NCBI GenBank assembly: GCA_965153285.1
Contig: OZ229115.1
Reading direction: 5' to 3' (one strand)
Length of the DNA stretch: 64,000 nt
Origin: Podarcis tiliguerta
Taxonomy: Eukaryota
Shown here: in pieces, positions 50,806 through 63,894 of the stretch
How positions within the stretch are numbered: position 1 is the stretch's first letter
How the letters are laid out: every line of letters begins with the position of its first letter
Notes under the pieces: generated by a model
Database searches by the model: none
Told to the model about the DNA's origin: nothing
The model's input: the letters and a program-made list of their open reading frames with translations, nothing else
Position numbers and translations under genes: made by a program

Positions 50806-51948
50806 CCCAGCTCCTATCTGATACTAATAATTTGGGTATTTTCCTATGTTCTGCTGCTTTTTGGATTTATGTATTTGGATCATCACAGTTGCCTGCATGT
50901 TTGGACTTGCCTTTGGGCTATCATGATGACCTCACACACTTCAAAATTTACCAATGCAAAATTGTCCCTCAGCACAACATTTCTGATTATGGGCTTATTT
51001 TTACCTATAAGTCACAGCTCCCCATTCCATTTAACTTTTCTTCTTATTGCCTCAATTAACTTTTTGCTTTGTATATGGTATTTCCTTTATTAACAAATAT
51101 ATAGGTCCCTATGATACCCCTCCTATGTTTTCCATGTGAAAGACCTGCTCTGCACGGAAGTGACAACGGAAGTTACTTGCTTACGGGAGGTGTCAGCAGT
51201 AAGGTACTCAAACCAAGCCAGCTTTTGCGCAAAGTTGAGTTCATTGAGTGTTGGATCAGCAAACAAGACAATGCTCTTAAGAGGATTATGGGTTGGCCTC
51301 ATACATTTATTATTAAGCTCTGAGGTTGGTCAGCATAAGTTCAACCCCTTAGCATTACTACCAGAGGAACACAGTCTCACACTGGAATGGAGAAATGGGC
51401 TAGTGAACAAATCTCTGTTGTGCCCATTTATGTCCACCTACTCCTCTCTGTTAAAAACACAGAGAGCAGATCCTGCACTCACACCCATCACAGCTTGAAA
51501 ATTATCTGAGTCAATAGAACCATTGCCTCTCTCTTTGTTCCTTGTTGCTACACAATTTGTGAGCAGCATTAAACCACCTACTACAGCCTTGGGATATCCT
51601 CCTTGCCCTCTGAACTTTTCACCCCTGCTGTTCCCTCTTTCATCTCTGTCTGCTCCACCTTCTTGCTGTGCAGGCAAAGCTATCACAGCCCCTCTGCTAC
51701 CATCAGCTATAGGTCTAAACGAAACAGCATTCAAGCAAGCAGTTTGCATGTACAGGGGACCACTCTGGGCTGGGGACCCAGGCATATGTGGGTGGCGTGG
51801 GGTGCAGGGGTGGCTTTAGCTCTTTAACTGCGGTCCTGATGCCAAGTGGGGACCTCCACACTTCCATTTGTCCTGTTATTTCAAGTCATAGGTTCACTTA
51901 GGAAAATTAGGATGCAGTAAAATTGGTGAGAGAAAGAGTGGAGTGGGG

Positions 51949-52361
51949 CAGGGGCAAAGGAAGGAGAACCAGCACCTGGTGCAGGGTGTCGGGGGTGGGA
52001 CAAACTGCCTGGTGGCGCATGCGTGGCACCGCTACGTAGGGTGCATGCGCATGCGCCAGTACGTATGACGCATGTGTGCACACAGCATGTAGCGCGCATG
52101 CGCAGCACTGAATGTAGCGCCGCCATGCATGTGCCGCCTGGTGGTTTGCCGACGGTGTCGCTCAAGCGCCATACGGATGGCGGCGGAAGGTGCAACCACG
52201 AGCGGAGGATCCTCTGCACATGGCTGCGGCGGGGCGCTGGCGGCAGCTCACGCCACTGCGCGTGGGGGCAGCAGGGCAAGCCCCCCGTGGGATGCCTGCT
52301 TGTCACCCCCCTCAGAGATGGCACCTGGGGCAAATGCCCCCCGCCCCTTCCTCTGCCACTG
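51949..52361. mobile_element. GC/CpG-rich hAT MITE, 413 bp
   Basis: 16-bp TIRs caggggcaaaggaagg / ccttcctctgccactg (2 mismatches); perfect 8-bp TSD gagtgggg at 51941-51948 and 52362-52369. Confidence 0.88.
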
Positions 52362-55300
52362 GAGTGGGGGAAGGATGTTGACTGCAACTAAATGATGGGT
52401 TGGGGAAAGATTTTGACTGAATGAGTGAAGGGATCCTTGCAGGGAGGAAAGAGTTAGGTGGGATTAGTATCTGTCCTTATTTCTGTGATGTGCTGGAGGT
52501 ATGGGTATGTCTCCAGCAACATCCACACTTAGCTTTTGCCCTTCTTTCCAGGCACAGGTCCACACTTAAAGGGTCTGTTTGTTTCCTTCTTTTTGTCATG
52601 GAGCTTTCCCCACGAAAACCCGTTCTTTATCACTCAGAGCAAACATCAATTTGGGTTTCCTCAGATTACCATTTGCTCCGATTCAGCTTAAAAGGGCAAG
52701 TTTTCATGGAGGAAGCTCCAGAACAATGACAGAAAAGGGCGCTCAGACACAGAGCTTTTAAGTGCAGACCATGCCAGGAAAGAGCAGAGGAAAAGTAAGT
52801 GTGAATAAACCCTGGAGGAGGAGTCCACAGGACAGTTCCTGTGCAGGGAAAGGAGGTCTCTGGGTTGCATGTTCAGAAAGCAAGCATTTTTTAATGCCTG
52901 AGATAGGGCTTTAATGATTTAAATGATAGCAAAGGATGAAAACTCCATTTTCCTGTCTTAGTATATCTGTATAACTAGATTAAGAGGAGATGATTTAGCA
53001 AAAGACCCTTCCTGGTCCAATGATAGGAAGGTAGAAATTAGCAGAAACTGCTCTGTGTCTGTCAGTCACTTCTAAGTGGTGTGAGTTCATTTCTCACTTT
53101 CATAAGCAATCCAAGGAGGGGAACAAGAGGCTAGGGATCAAGTTAGGGAACAATAGGCATGTGACAGGGATAGTGACTATGGAACATGTAGGCAACATTT
53201 CAGGGTACGTGCTTCATCTGCCTTTTGGTTACAGCACACTGCTTCTATGACTGGAAGCTCAGCCATCTGTTCCGTTCACAGACTATTTTGTATCTAAAAC
53301 AAATTGATCCAGTAAGAGGCCTGACATGATGCATATGCCTAAGAGAAATAACAGCACTTAATTTGCAGAACACCATATATCAGATCACCATTGCTGAGTG
53401 AAATCTTAGTATAAAAAACAACTTCAAGACCATGTTCCAGTGTACTTGTCAGCTACTAAACTCTGTAGCACTTCCCTTGGAACTTTTCACTGTGTTGAAA
53501 AGTGGGGAGAGCAAGTAACAATACATTTTGCAGCTGGTGCCTTTAAAATGTCAAGCTTGGAAGCATTGCTGAAGTTTTTTCTCAGAATCCCCTCTCCATG
53601 TGGGAAAGTTTGCTTTGTGTCTTTCTGGATGAGTGGGGCTTTCCCCCGCAATATTTCTGAAATTGTGTCCTAGCCCTTTATTCTGGTTATCTGAAGGCAT
53701 TCCTCATTGCTTTGCCCCCACCCCCACCCCCAATGTACGTTCTGAATTTGCTCCAACATTTCCCGTCTCTGTGTGCCATAAAGCGTGTGTGCCCAGACTG
53801 GATGTGTATCATTTCAGCCATTGTTGGCACACAGGGGGAAAAATTATTCCCCTCATTCTGTTCTTGCCTCATGTCCTGAGTGAGTAAATTTTCAAAGCTG
53901 TCACACTTAATAACGTGGTCCTTGTAGGCTGTTGTCTTCCTCTCCCCCCACCCTTTGCCTTTCTCTCCCTAGCGCTTGCCTGAGCTGGGTTTCGCTCTGC
54001 TGTTGCCATGGCTTTCTGAGTGGTCACAGCAACAGCCACGCAGTGCTTTCGGATTTGTTACCATCTCCTCAGTCACCTATAGTTTTCCTTTCCTTTCAGC
54101 GTATAGAGAGGGAGAGGGGAGGTGGGGAGAGAGGCAATCCTGCCTTGTTCACACGGAAACTGTTCCAGTGCTGTCATTCAAAAGCCTCCTGCTTTCCAAG
54201 AAGGGGGATTAATTTGGCTAGATACAGGCGTGTCTGGCACGTAGGCTGAAACTAGGGTGGGGGGAGAAGGGGTTTCAACGTGCTGAACAGTCACTGGCTA
54301 GGCTGGTTGCTAGGTGCTGGAGGCTATGGGCGTCAGGGATTCCTCAGTGTTCAGTGACTGGGGCCATGTGCAGCCAACAGGCCAGGTTGCTAAGCAGTTT
54401 TCACAGGATCTGATGAAAAAGCAGTTCTTTGTGCTGTGTCAGCTATTCCCCCCCCCCATGATTCCCTCCCAGTTGCATTGTGTGGGGGTTGTGTGTATGG
54501 AGGGGGGTAAGTATGGCGAGGGGGAGGCTTCTTTTTTCCTTTCAGTTTAGTATCCAGATTCTTGGGCAATTGGCCAACAAATGCTCCTTGCTGGGGGACT
54601 ATAAATATAACCTGTTGTTAGGCTTGCCAGATTAACCATTCAAAAACACATGGCTGCTTTTAGTCTCTTCTGCAGAGCTGTTTGGAATCTGGGTAAAGGG
54701 CATACATTGTACTCTCTGTGGCTGATCTGTTTTTGAAATAAGGGACACTTTCTCAAAATAAGAGACATTTGGTAGGGTGCCCACCTTTGCAAACTGGAAA
54801 TTCGGGCACCCTAATTTGTGTATTTAGTCTTATGCAAATTTATTCCCATTTTAAATAGCACATTGGCCCTTTGAGACTAGACATTTTAGAATGAAGTGTT
54901 TTCTTTCCAACTTGCCCAGTCTCTTACACCATCCTTTGACTTAATAAAATTGGCAAATGCAACAGCAGAACAGGCAGGTATAGTGACAGCTTGCTAGGAG
55001 AAACTTCAGAATGAAATTGGCTGGTTGTTTAGGATAAGAAGATACTGAGTGGCTGCCTTGGGCTGTGTACTCCTATTTACTCTGGATCCTGGGCACTCCC
55101 ACCACTGGCTTGGGGAAGTGGTCTACGTACAACGGTAGCCACAATCCATATTTAATCTGTATCTGCTGTTTTGTTTCATATGAAATATATGTGCAAAGCC
55201 AGCTTCAATCAGAATTGAGAAAAATAATGATCTAGCTGTGTTTCTAAGTTGGTAATATGTACACAACCATGGTGTCTGTTGAAAGAGGGAGGGAGAAGGA

Positions 55301-57766
55301 TGCAGTAGGTGCAGGCAAGGTTGGATTTGGGTTACAAAAGTGGTGTCGTAGAGCAGCATCAGGCAGGGACCGTGCGTCACCATTCAGTTCACAGTGGGGA
55401 CAATGTTGTCATCTCCTGGAGGCACTGTTTGCCAGTCCTCAGCATACCAAATAAACTTTTCTCAGAGAGAAACCCACCAAATCTCCTAAGCAGAGGAATA
55501 GGTAGTTGGCATTAGCATGCACAACTATGGATTAAACTGGATTTTTTATTTTGAAGAATTCCAAACTTTATAATGACCAACCAGAATGTCAGAATATAAT
55601 GAACAAACTTTTGAGTCTACCAACACTCTTCATCAGGCTAGATGTTAATTAAAGCAGGATCGAAGGGGAAGTTGACATACTAGTATTGAGGCCATAGTGT
55701 CTTCATTGGTCAAAAGTTCATTTTTGTTGTATAGGCTTAGCAGGGATATGACTATGGGGGCGGTCATCATGATGAGTGACTGAACTGCAGAACTGACTAC
55801 TACACTACTAGTTGCATCTGCACTCTGCATGCACTGCATCATGACGATTTCAGATTCACTGCCCCCCTTACTGCCCTGACCTTGTAGACAAGCACCATGT
55901 TGTGGATCTTTAGTCTCTTCCGCTTTTGCTGGTCTCGGTGTACTTGGTCCTCAGGCCCCAAGAGGTCATGGTTGTTGCTTAGCATTTAGATCTTTCAGAT
56001 GAGACTTTGTTCCGATAATCAGCCAGCTGCTCTCGTACACACCCACACACCGTTTCCATAAGCAGCCTACTTTTGTGAGCAGTATAATGAGAGCAGCAAA
56101 CTCATTCAAGATCACCTGCTCCCTTCTGTAAGCTGGAAGATTGTCATGTGCTGATTTCTTGCCCAGTTCATGGAAAAGGAACTGCAGTCTCAGGGTTCAA
56201 TGGACTGTCACTTTGTTCTACCGTCAGCTGCACTGTCATCTGGCTGTTAAGCCCTATCCTAGGTGGTTCTGGTAGAATAAAAGCAAATACTGAAGCTTTG
56301 TGAAGCACCTTAAAAACTAATAAATTTATGAGGGCATAAGCTTTTATGGAGTAGAGTCCACTTCATCAGATTCTTATGTCCTAGTAAAGAATATGTTAGT
56401 CTACAAGACAGTGGTTTCTGCTGTAACAGTCCAGCCTCTCTGGTAGACTAGTGATTTACTAGATCAACTGTTAACTTGGGATGTGTAGACTGTGCAAGTC
56501 TGTCCAGTGGAAGGCCTTGCACAGTGATATTTTCCAAACCACACATCTGCAACTGTTTAAATTACAGTTTAATTATCTCCTCTGTGTACTGTTCACCTGT
56601 GTGAATGGCTTTATTGTGGCTTTCCCCATATTCTCCTGAAAATCAGGATTCTGTGGAGTTCAAATAAGGGCAGGAGCAAAAGAAGCATCTGCCTAATAAA
56701 GAAGGTCATATTCTCTTGCAAAGGCAGGCACAGACCATTGCTCTTAATTATGTTATTATCTGATCTTCCCAAACTAACATACTTTGCTTGCCTTTGATGT
56801 ACCATCCAGTTCTGCTCAGACCGCCTTTCCCTTTTTTGGTTTGTGCTCCAGTCATTTTTGTCAGAAGAAGTGATTAATGAAACTCAAAAGGTCAGTTTAG
56901 GTTTTTTTCTATTTCTGCAAAGTGACCCAATTGTATACATTGCTGCTTCCTCCTTTATTGATATTTTAAGTGATGCTAAAAATGCCTCTTAATGTCCAGT
57001 GTGCCCCTATAGTAAAGAGCTATGTGCCTTTTTCATTTGATTTACAAATGTAAGAAGGTGAAACACCATTATTAATAGGTGCCATTTATGAAAAATGCTT
57101 TGTCTAACTTTTTGGGGTTCTGTGAATTCCAGCCCCTTTGCTAGAAGGAATAATTATCATGTGATCCAGTATGACAGTTTTACTTTTCTTAATTTCACTA
57201 TACATTTTTAAAAATTAATATCTAAGACCCATTGAGAGTAATTGACTTAAGTTAGTCATGCCCATTAAATTTCAGTGGGTTTACTCTTAGAAGGACTAGC
57301 ATTGGCTACAGTCCCGAATGTTCTGTTCAAATGCCTCCCATCTTTTCAGGAAATTGCTAGGTGCTTGCCCTTCTTTTTCTTCTAGGTGAATTTAGTTTTT
57401 TAAAGCTGCTTCTCGTTTTCTGTTATACCACTGGACTGTATCCTGTATTTTAGAAGATATTAGAAGGAACAGCTGTTTTTAATGTTTGTCTTTTTCACTG
57501 TCCTATTATATTTAGTGCACCAGAACCAAAATAACTTGAAACATCCAACAAGTGTCCCCACAGCTCTTAGTGTCACTGTTTTAAATTTGTATCCATCTAT
57601 TAAAATTGTCCTCCACCCATCACTGAGCAAAATGTTAAATCTCTTAATTAAAACCTGCAGTCATAATTTGTAACAGTGCATCTATGGATGGACCTTGGCG
57701 CCAGGGCCTACAGTCCAGGGACTCAGCTATTACAGCTGTAAATAAAATGTTTAAGTGTGTTTTAAG

Positions 57767-57798
57767 TGCAATACAGAATGTGACACTAGATGGCGATG
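57767..57798 (+). promoter_or_regulatory. CTCF core plus upstream motif
   Basis: TGCAATAC, 5-nt gap, then GTGACACTAGATGGCGATG. Confidence 0.6.
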
Positions 57799-58628
57799 GT
57801 GAGCCTTATGGAAAATTCAATGTTTTTTTTAAGTGTTTTCAGAACAATTTTTATATGTGCTTAGATTCTACCCAGGCCCACCTCCCTCCCTCCAGATGAC
57901 CACTCAGAGAGCAGCAGATGAGGCAGGCAGTGGCAAAAAGCCCCCTGCCCCCCAATCAGCACGAGCAAATCAACCCCACTAGGGCTGCCACAGGTCATCC
58001 TAGCAGTCTTTATTACTTTATGGCAGATGGCCAGGCATGTACATGATTACAGATATTTCCATTTCAAGAACTTACTATCCTTTTTTGTTTTTTGTTTGGT
58101 AACGAAATGATGCTTATTCAGTTTGCAGTAGGGTAGCAAAAGCAATGCTCGTTTTAGTCCTGTAGTCACAATGGTGCTGTGATTTAAGTGAGTTTAAAAT
58201 GCTAAACTGCACGAACTGTACATATTAGGAATGCAGAAGCAATTGAAAGGCCCAGAACGGCAGTGGGGGAGGGAAGAACAGAAATGTTGATTGTGTGCTT
58301 CTAATTTAATACGCGTGGCTGTCTAAAGTGCCTGCTCACCCCTGCAAGTTCAAGTCCAGGAACTAACATTACTTGGCTGCACTGCTGAGTCTTGTGAGAC
58401 ACTGTGCATGCAGGGTTGGCTCCAGGTTTGAGAGAGTCCTGGGTGGGCAAAGTGCTCTCTGGTGGGTCCCTTCCTCTGTCACCGGGTCCTGAAAGCCTTA
58501 CGTGGCTGCTGTGGTGATGGTATTCACTGGTACTCCTGTCAACTCCTCTTCTTCTTTTGCTGCCCACAGGAGCCATTTTGTGTCAGCACCCACAGCACAT
58601 TTATTAATATAGGAGTATTGGCATCTCA

Positions 58629-58989
58629 AGGGATGCGGGTGGCGCTGTGGGTAAAACCTCAGCGCCTAGGACTTGCCAATTGTCAGGTCGGTGGTTCGAA
58701 TCCCCGTGGCGGGGTGCGCTCCCGTTGCTCTGTCCCAGCGCCTGCCAACCTAGCAGTTCGAAAGCACCCCCGGGTGCAAGTAGATAAATAGGGACCGCTT
58801 ACTAGTGGGAAGGTAAACGGCGTTTCCGTGTGCTGTGCTGGCTCGCCAGATGCAGCTTGTCACGCTGGCCACGTGACCCGGAAGTGTCTGCGGACAGCGC
58901 TGGCCCCCGGCCTCTTAAGTGAGATGGGCGCACAACCCTAGAGTCGGACACGACTGGCCCATACGGGCAGGGGTACCTTTACCTTTACC
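58629..58989 (+). mobile_element. Full-length Sauria SINE
   Basis: gggatgcgggtggcgctgtgggtaaaacc...gagtcggacacgactggccc...acctttacc; 13-bp TSD tattggcatctca at 58616-58628 and 58990-59002. Confidence 0.95.
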
Positions 58990-59719
58990 TATTGGCATCT
59001 CATTCATTTATTTTACCAAAAGAAGCTCTGGCGGCAGCAGTGCTCAGAGCAGGGCCAGGTTGCTAGGAACAGCTACCATTTTAACTTCCCACAATACCCT
59101 GCTGTAGGCTCACTTGGGCACATTGTGGGAAATTTAAATGACAGGCAGCCACAGCTGCCTGGGAGTGTTTCGAGTGCCATTCTGATATATTTTTTTAAGG
59201 GTGCCCTAGCAGCTGCCCAAGCATGCCAGGTGCCAACATTGGTCCTATGCACCCATCCTCCTGTTGCTAGGCTTGTGTGAAATGTTTCCTAGTCAACCTG
59301 ATTTGCCACTTTCCTCAAATAAGGCGTAACCTTCTAAGGTAATAATTTTTATTACCTCCCCCCCCCCCGGTAATTAAACTGTTCTTAAACACGGTATCAG
59401 TGTAGGCTAGCTAATATCAAATGGTATCATAAAGCAGCAGGTCTTTAAAAACCACAAACAAAGCAGCAACAGTGGGACCAGACCACCTTGTAAGTAGCGG
59501 CTTTCCTAATGGATGTTCCTCTATATAACAGTGCACATAGAAATTACCGTATTCATGAGAAGGATTTAGCCTGGAATTCTTCCTGACAACCATGTTTTCT
59601 ATATGTAATTTTTTTTTTGTCTGTAGGAAGATTAAATCATGTGAGCTGCACCTGTTAACGAACACCTGTTTGTTAATCCAAACACAAGTTTACCACCTCA
59701 TCTTCCATCATTTACGAAT

Positions 59720-59885
59720 GGACTGTAGCTCAGTGGCAAAGCAATGGCTTTGCATGCAAAAGGTCCCAATTTCAGTACTCCAGGTAGGGCTGGGAGGGAC
59801 CCCATCTGAAATCTTTGAGAGCCATTGCTGGTCAGTGTACAACAATACTGAGCTGTGGTTTGACTTGGCGTAGGGGAAACCTACT
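59720..59885 (+). mobile_element. tRNA-derived SINE (Squam3-like)
   Basis: gtagctcagtgg...ttgcatgcaaaaggtccca...ctccaggtagggctggg...acaatactgagct. Confidence 0.75.
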
Positions 59886-59969
59886 GTGGGCGAATTTTGC
59901 GTTTTGAGGAGATAGATATTGGTTTGCATGATACTTCCTCCCTTCTTATTGTCACCTTCGGAACTGACA

Positions 59970-60149
59970 CATAGGAGCCAACTCCTAGGGGCCAAGGTCA
60001 CTCCCCCCCCTAAAATATTTGAGGGGGGTGGGCCCCCCAAAGTTGAAGGGAAATCTCATTCAAATTGTGTGTGTGCGTCTCATCATGTGACTGATTATGC
60101 AGCACTGGGCTTATCTGCCCTCCCTATTTTATTCAAGTTGGCACCCCTG
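59970..60149. mobile_element. Decayed hAT MITE
   Basis: Termini cataggagccaact / agttggcacccctg; degenerate TSD aactgaca/gactgcca. Confidence 0.6.
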
Positions 60150-63100
60150 GACTGCCAATGATTTTGGGTTTAATTCACGCTTTGGACTCCAGGGATCAGT
60201 AGCAGCAGGATGTGGGAAGATCCACTTGTGGGCCAACTGTAGGCTGAGTGCCTGCAGGCAGATAAATTATGCTGGCCCCAGTAAACAGGCCTACCTTACC
60301 AGGTGGGAGGAATTGAGATATAAGGCTGGCCAGCTTGTGCCCACCAAGGAGCTGGGATATCTAAATCTCTCAGATGGGTTCTGACTCTTGAACTTCAGCA
60401 TAGGCCTGGACTGAGAGGCTGCTGTGTAATGGCCAGCTGGAGTCTGTTCATTACTGTTTGCTGGAGCTCCTTATAACAGAATGGGGAAGTAGTTTATCTT
60501 GTTCTTGCTGTGCTGTTTTGCTTAAATATTGTTTTTTGTGCAATCTATTTAAGGAAAGCATCGAATTGCCCTCCACTTGTGGTATTATTGCCATTGAATC
60601 CAAAAGAACCTTTGCCTTTGCCAAAGCACTTGGTATAATAAGGCAACTTCCATGGTTCTTATCTAGTGTTTCTGAGAACTTGGCTTCTGATGCTTGTTGG
60701 TTAGAAAAGATGCTGTCCCAACTTTTAACGTGTAGGTTAAGGAATGCTTACAATGCCATTGAAAAGAGATAATAGTATCTATTATATAAATAATAGGGTT
60801 GACAGTAGTCCCTTTTATTTACTCTCTGGCCTGTGGCCATGACAGAAGCAAATCTCTCCCTCAACAAGTCACCCTATTGTGTGTTGCTTCTATTTGGGGA
60901 CTGCGGGATGGCATGGCAGGGGCAGTGAGATTGGACTTGGGCCTTGGGTTGCCCAGTAGATGTATCTTTCTATTCAACCCATTCCTAGTCCTGTTGGCTC
61001 ACAGGCCACAAAGGAAATTTTGACTAAATACTAGCTCTGTATAGCTTGTCTATCCCTATCAGTTTTCAAGAGGGAGGGTGCAACCACTCCCCAGTAGCTG
61101 TGACCTCAGAAGTTATCTGCTTGTCATCTACAGAAGCCCCCACAGGGAAGGCGTCAGTGTGGAAAAGCTCATTTTGTGTATGCTAGGCCACTCTCGCTCA
61201 TGCACTGTTTACCCAACAGACTTCAAGTTTGACAATTTCTCATTAAGCTGATTTCGATTCAGTATCACTAGAGCAAGCTCTTAATTACTTGCACTTTCAT
61301 CTGTGCCCACTGACGGAATGGAGACGCCAGGAGGGGTCTTCATTTGCATATATTGATTAGAGCTAACCCAAACTCTATTGTGTCTGCCCATCATGTTTAG
61401 GAAATGTTAATTCACAGTCTGCTGTGGTTGCTGCCCAGCTTCTAATAAAAGAAGGATGGCAGCTTCTTCGGCACCAGCAGCTTCAACTTCTCACTAGCTA
61501 ACATGTCTGCAGACTTCCTTTTCTGTGAGGGTGAAGAATGGCATTTTAAATCTGTGTTAGCTATGCACTCATAGGGCTTTGCAACATGCTCTTCTGTGTC
61601 TAATGCCAAAAGCTTAAAATAGTGTTCCTTTCCCATTTTAGACAGAGACGCTATTTTTCCTCAGTCCAGATATATAGGGGCAGATTTAGCTGAGTCCCGG
61701 TAGCAGAAGCCCAAGCAAGGGCTTCTACTAGCGCACATGCCCTGCATTGGCTCAGTGTTTGTGTGTGTCAGGTGAATCCCCAGAACAGTGCACAGGGGAG
61801 GAGTGGGGGGATCCCATCTGGCAAACTGAAACATTTGCATTGACAGAATGACTACCATAATGCTATGTTGAATTCCTCCCATTCTGTGCCTTGCAGGGTC
61901 CTGTCCTGAAGGATGCTGGGTTTTGCCACTAAGCATTTGCTCATGTAGAGTGCCTGCCAACCCATGAGTGAGGGGTGGTTAAGTGGGAAGGAGGAATAAG
62001 TGTACTCTGGTTGCAAGTGCATGACTAGCTTAAAGATTGTCACATTCCACAGTGGTTGTCTATGAGATTAAGGCATGTGGGATCACCAGGCACTCAACAG
62101 TACTCCAGTTAGATTGAGCTGGTATCTCACATTCCTTCACAGCCTATCTGAAGAGCCTCAGAAATTTACGCAATGGAAAGCATCAAAATTGAGAGATTGC
62201 ATTTCTGCACTTTAGCTGAAAGGACTGCTAAACTATATATTAATATCCTTAAACTTTATATGATTTTTGAATCCTTGCTTAGATTTTTAGCACTAGCTGG
62301 ATCCAGGAAATAGAAGGGTCTTGGCATACAGCCCACGCCCCTCAAACTCATAACACTATTATGCCCATACACAATGGCAAAATTTCAATGAAATTGTAAA
62401 CTTTGGTTTAGCATTGCACACATGAGACTTCTGCACTTTGTACTTTTCTTCTCCAGTGTGGTCGTGAGATCAGAAATTTTCACTTTTATTTTCAAGTAAC
62501 TGCAGTACAATGCTGCTGTAGTTAATCTAAACTACTGTATTATTTGAAGCAAACCAAATTCATAAAACATGGCTTGAAGTTGGCTTGTTTCCCTGAGTAG
62601 GTGAACTGTGGCCCAAGGGCAACATGTAGCTCTCTGCCTAATTTTGTATGGCTGGAGGGAGATAAGGAGGGCAAGAGGGAAAATCCTGGGGGGACAGGGA
62701 CGTATCAAACAATGGAATCGGAGGGGAAATTATTCTGTAACTGATCAATACAGACTTCTGGCAAGAGAGATCTGTCTCTCTTCCAACGGCCTGGTAGGCA
62801 GAAAGGAAAAAGGAGGTAGCAGAAAAGAGAGTAAGAAAAAGGGGCAGGCTTCACCCCCTTCTGGCACGGAGTCACTCAACAGCATGTGGCCCCTGTCAAA
62901 ATAATCTTCCAGGTAATGCAGACCTCAACAGAAAAAAAGGTTTAACAAGAGGCATAAACCATAGTAAAGGCAAACCACATTTTATCTGGGTTTGTGTTTA
63001 CCATTGGAACTGTAGTTGATAAAAAACGGGAAATGGAAGTTTCCAGTGCCCTTGCAGCTGCATTGGAGGCCAGCAGCTTTTATGCAGAGTTCTCTCTCTA

Positions 63101-63692
63101 AAGATTACTTCTGGCAGTAGTTGGGCTTTTGGACAAGGAAGATAGAGCTGTTTAGGATACTGTCTGCTTTATATGTTATTCTTAGTGTTTGGCGTATTGT
63201 TTGTCTTGTTAGTCCAGATCTTACAGCATGGTCATCTCAGGAGGAACTTGCTGCCCACAGAAGTGCAGCACTGGAGCCCAAGGCATCTCTCCCAGCCTCC
63301 CTTCAGCCTGCCTGCTAAGATGGTTCTCCCTTTGTTCTCCCATTCTTCCCAGCACACCTTGATAAAAATCACTCTCTTCCTGTCACCCCTCTCTCTCTTA
63401 CCCCTTTTAATGACATGGCTTATCCCTAGCTAGCTATGTGAAGCTGCCTGGGTTTGTGTTCCTAAACTGTATTTAACAGTGCTTGACTTAGTTTTAACTA
63501 GCCAAATTGCTTACTTGGTGCATTGCTTACTTAATGAATTTATGAGTTTGCTCAAATTCTAGCTCTTTACTGACTCCACAGATTATGGCGAGTCTGCCCC
63601 TCCCCCAAACTCATAACACTGCATAGCCACAACTCCCAGAATCTGCAGCAGAACCGTCATTGGGGATCTTAGGGCCTGGGTTCTTGGAACTA

Positions 63693-63894
63693 GAGAGACC
63701 ATAGCTTAGTGGCAGAGCACATGCTTTGCATTCAAAAAGTTTAAGATACAATCCTTGGTAGTTCCACTTAAAAGGATAGCTAATAAAGGAAGAACCTTTG
63801 CCCAAGACCCCAGAGAGAGCTTCTGCTTGTCAGAGTAAAGTATGCTAGGCTTGATGGATGTATAATCACTACTGGGATAAGGCAGCTTCCTGTG
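63693..63894 (+). mobile_element. tRNA-derived SINE (Squam3-like)
   Basis: catagcttagtggcagagcacatgctttgca...ataaggcagcttcct. Confidence 0.72.

Noticed and set aside
51881-52395. Overlapping ORFs of 168, 122 and 88 aa / gene-associated CpG island
   Set aside because: Explained by the GC-rich hAT MITE bounded by TIRs and TSD; stop codons are rare in GC-rich DNA
61342-61382. Octamer ATTTGCAT plus Sox-like motif
   Set aside because: Octamers recur many times in this AT-rich window and the spacing is not a composite Sox-Oct element
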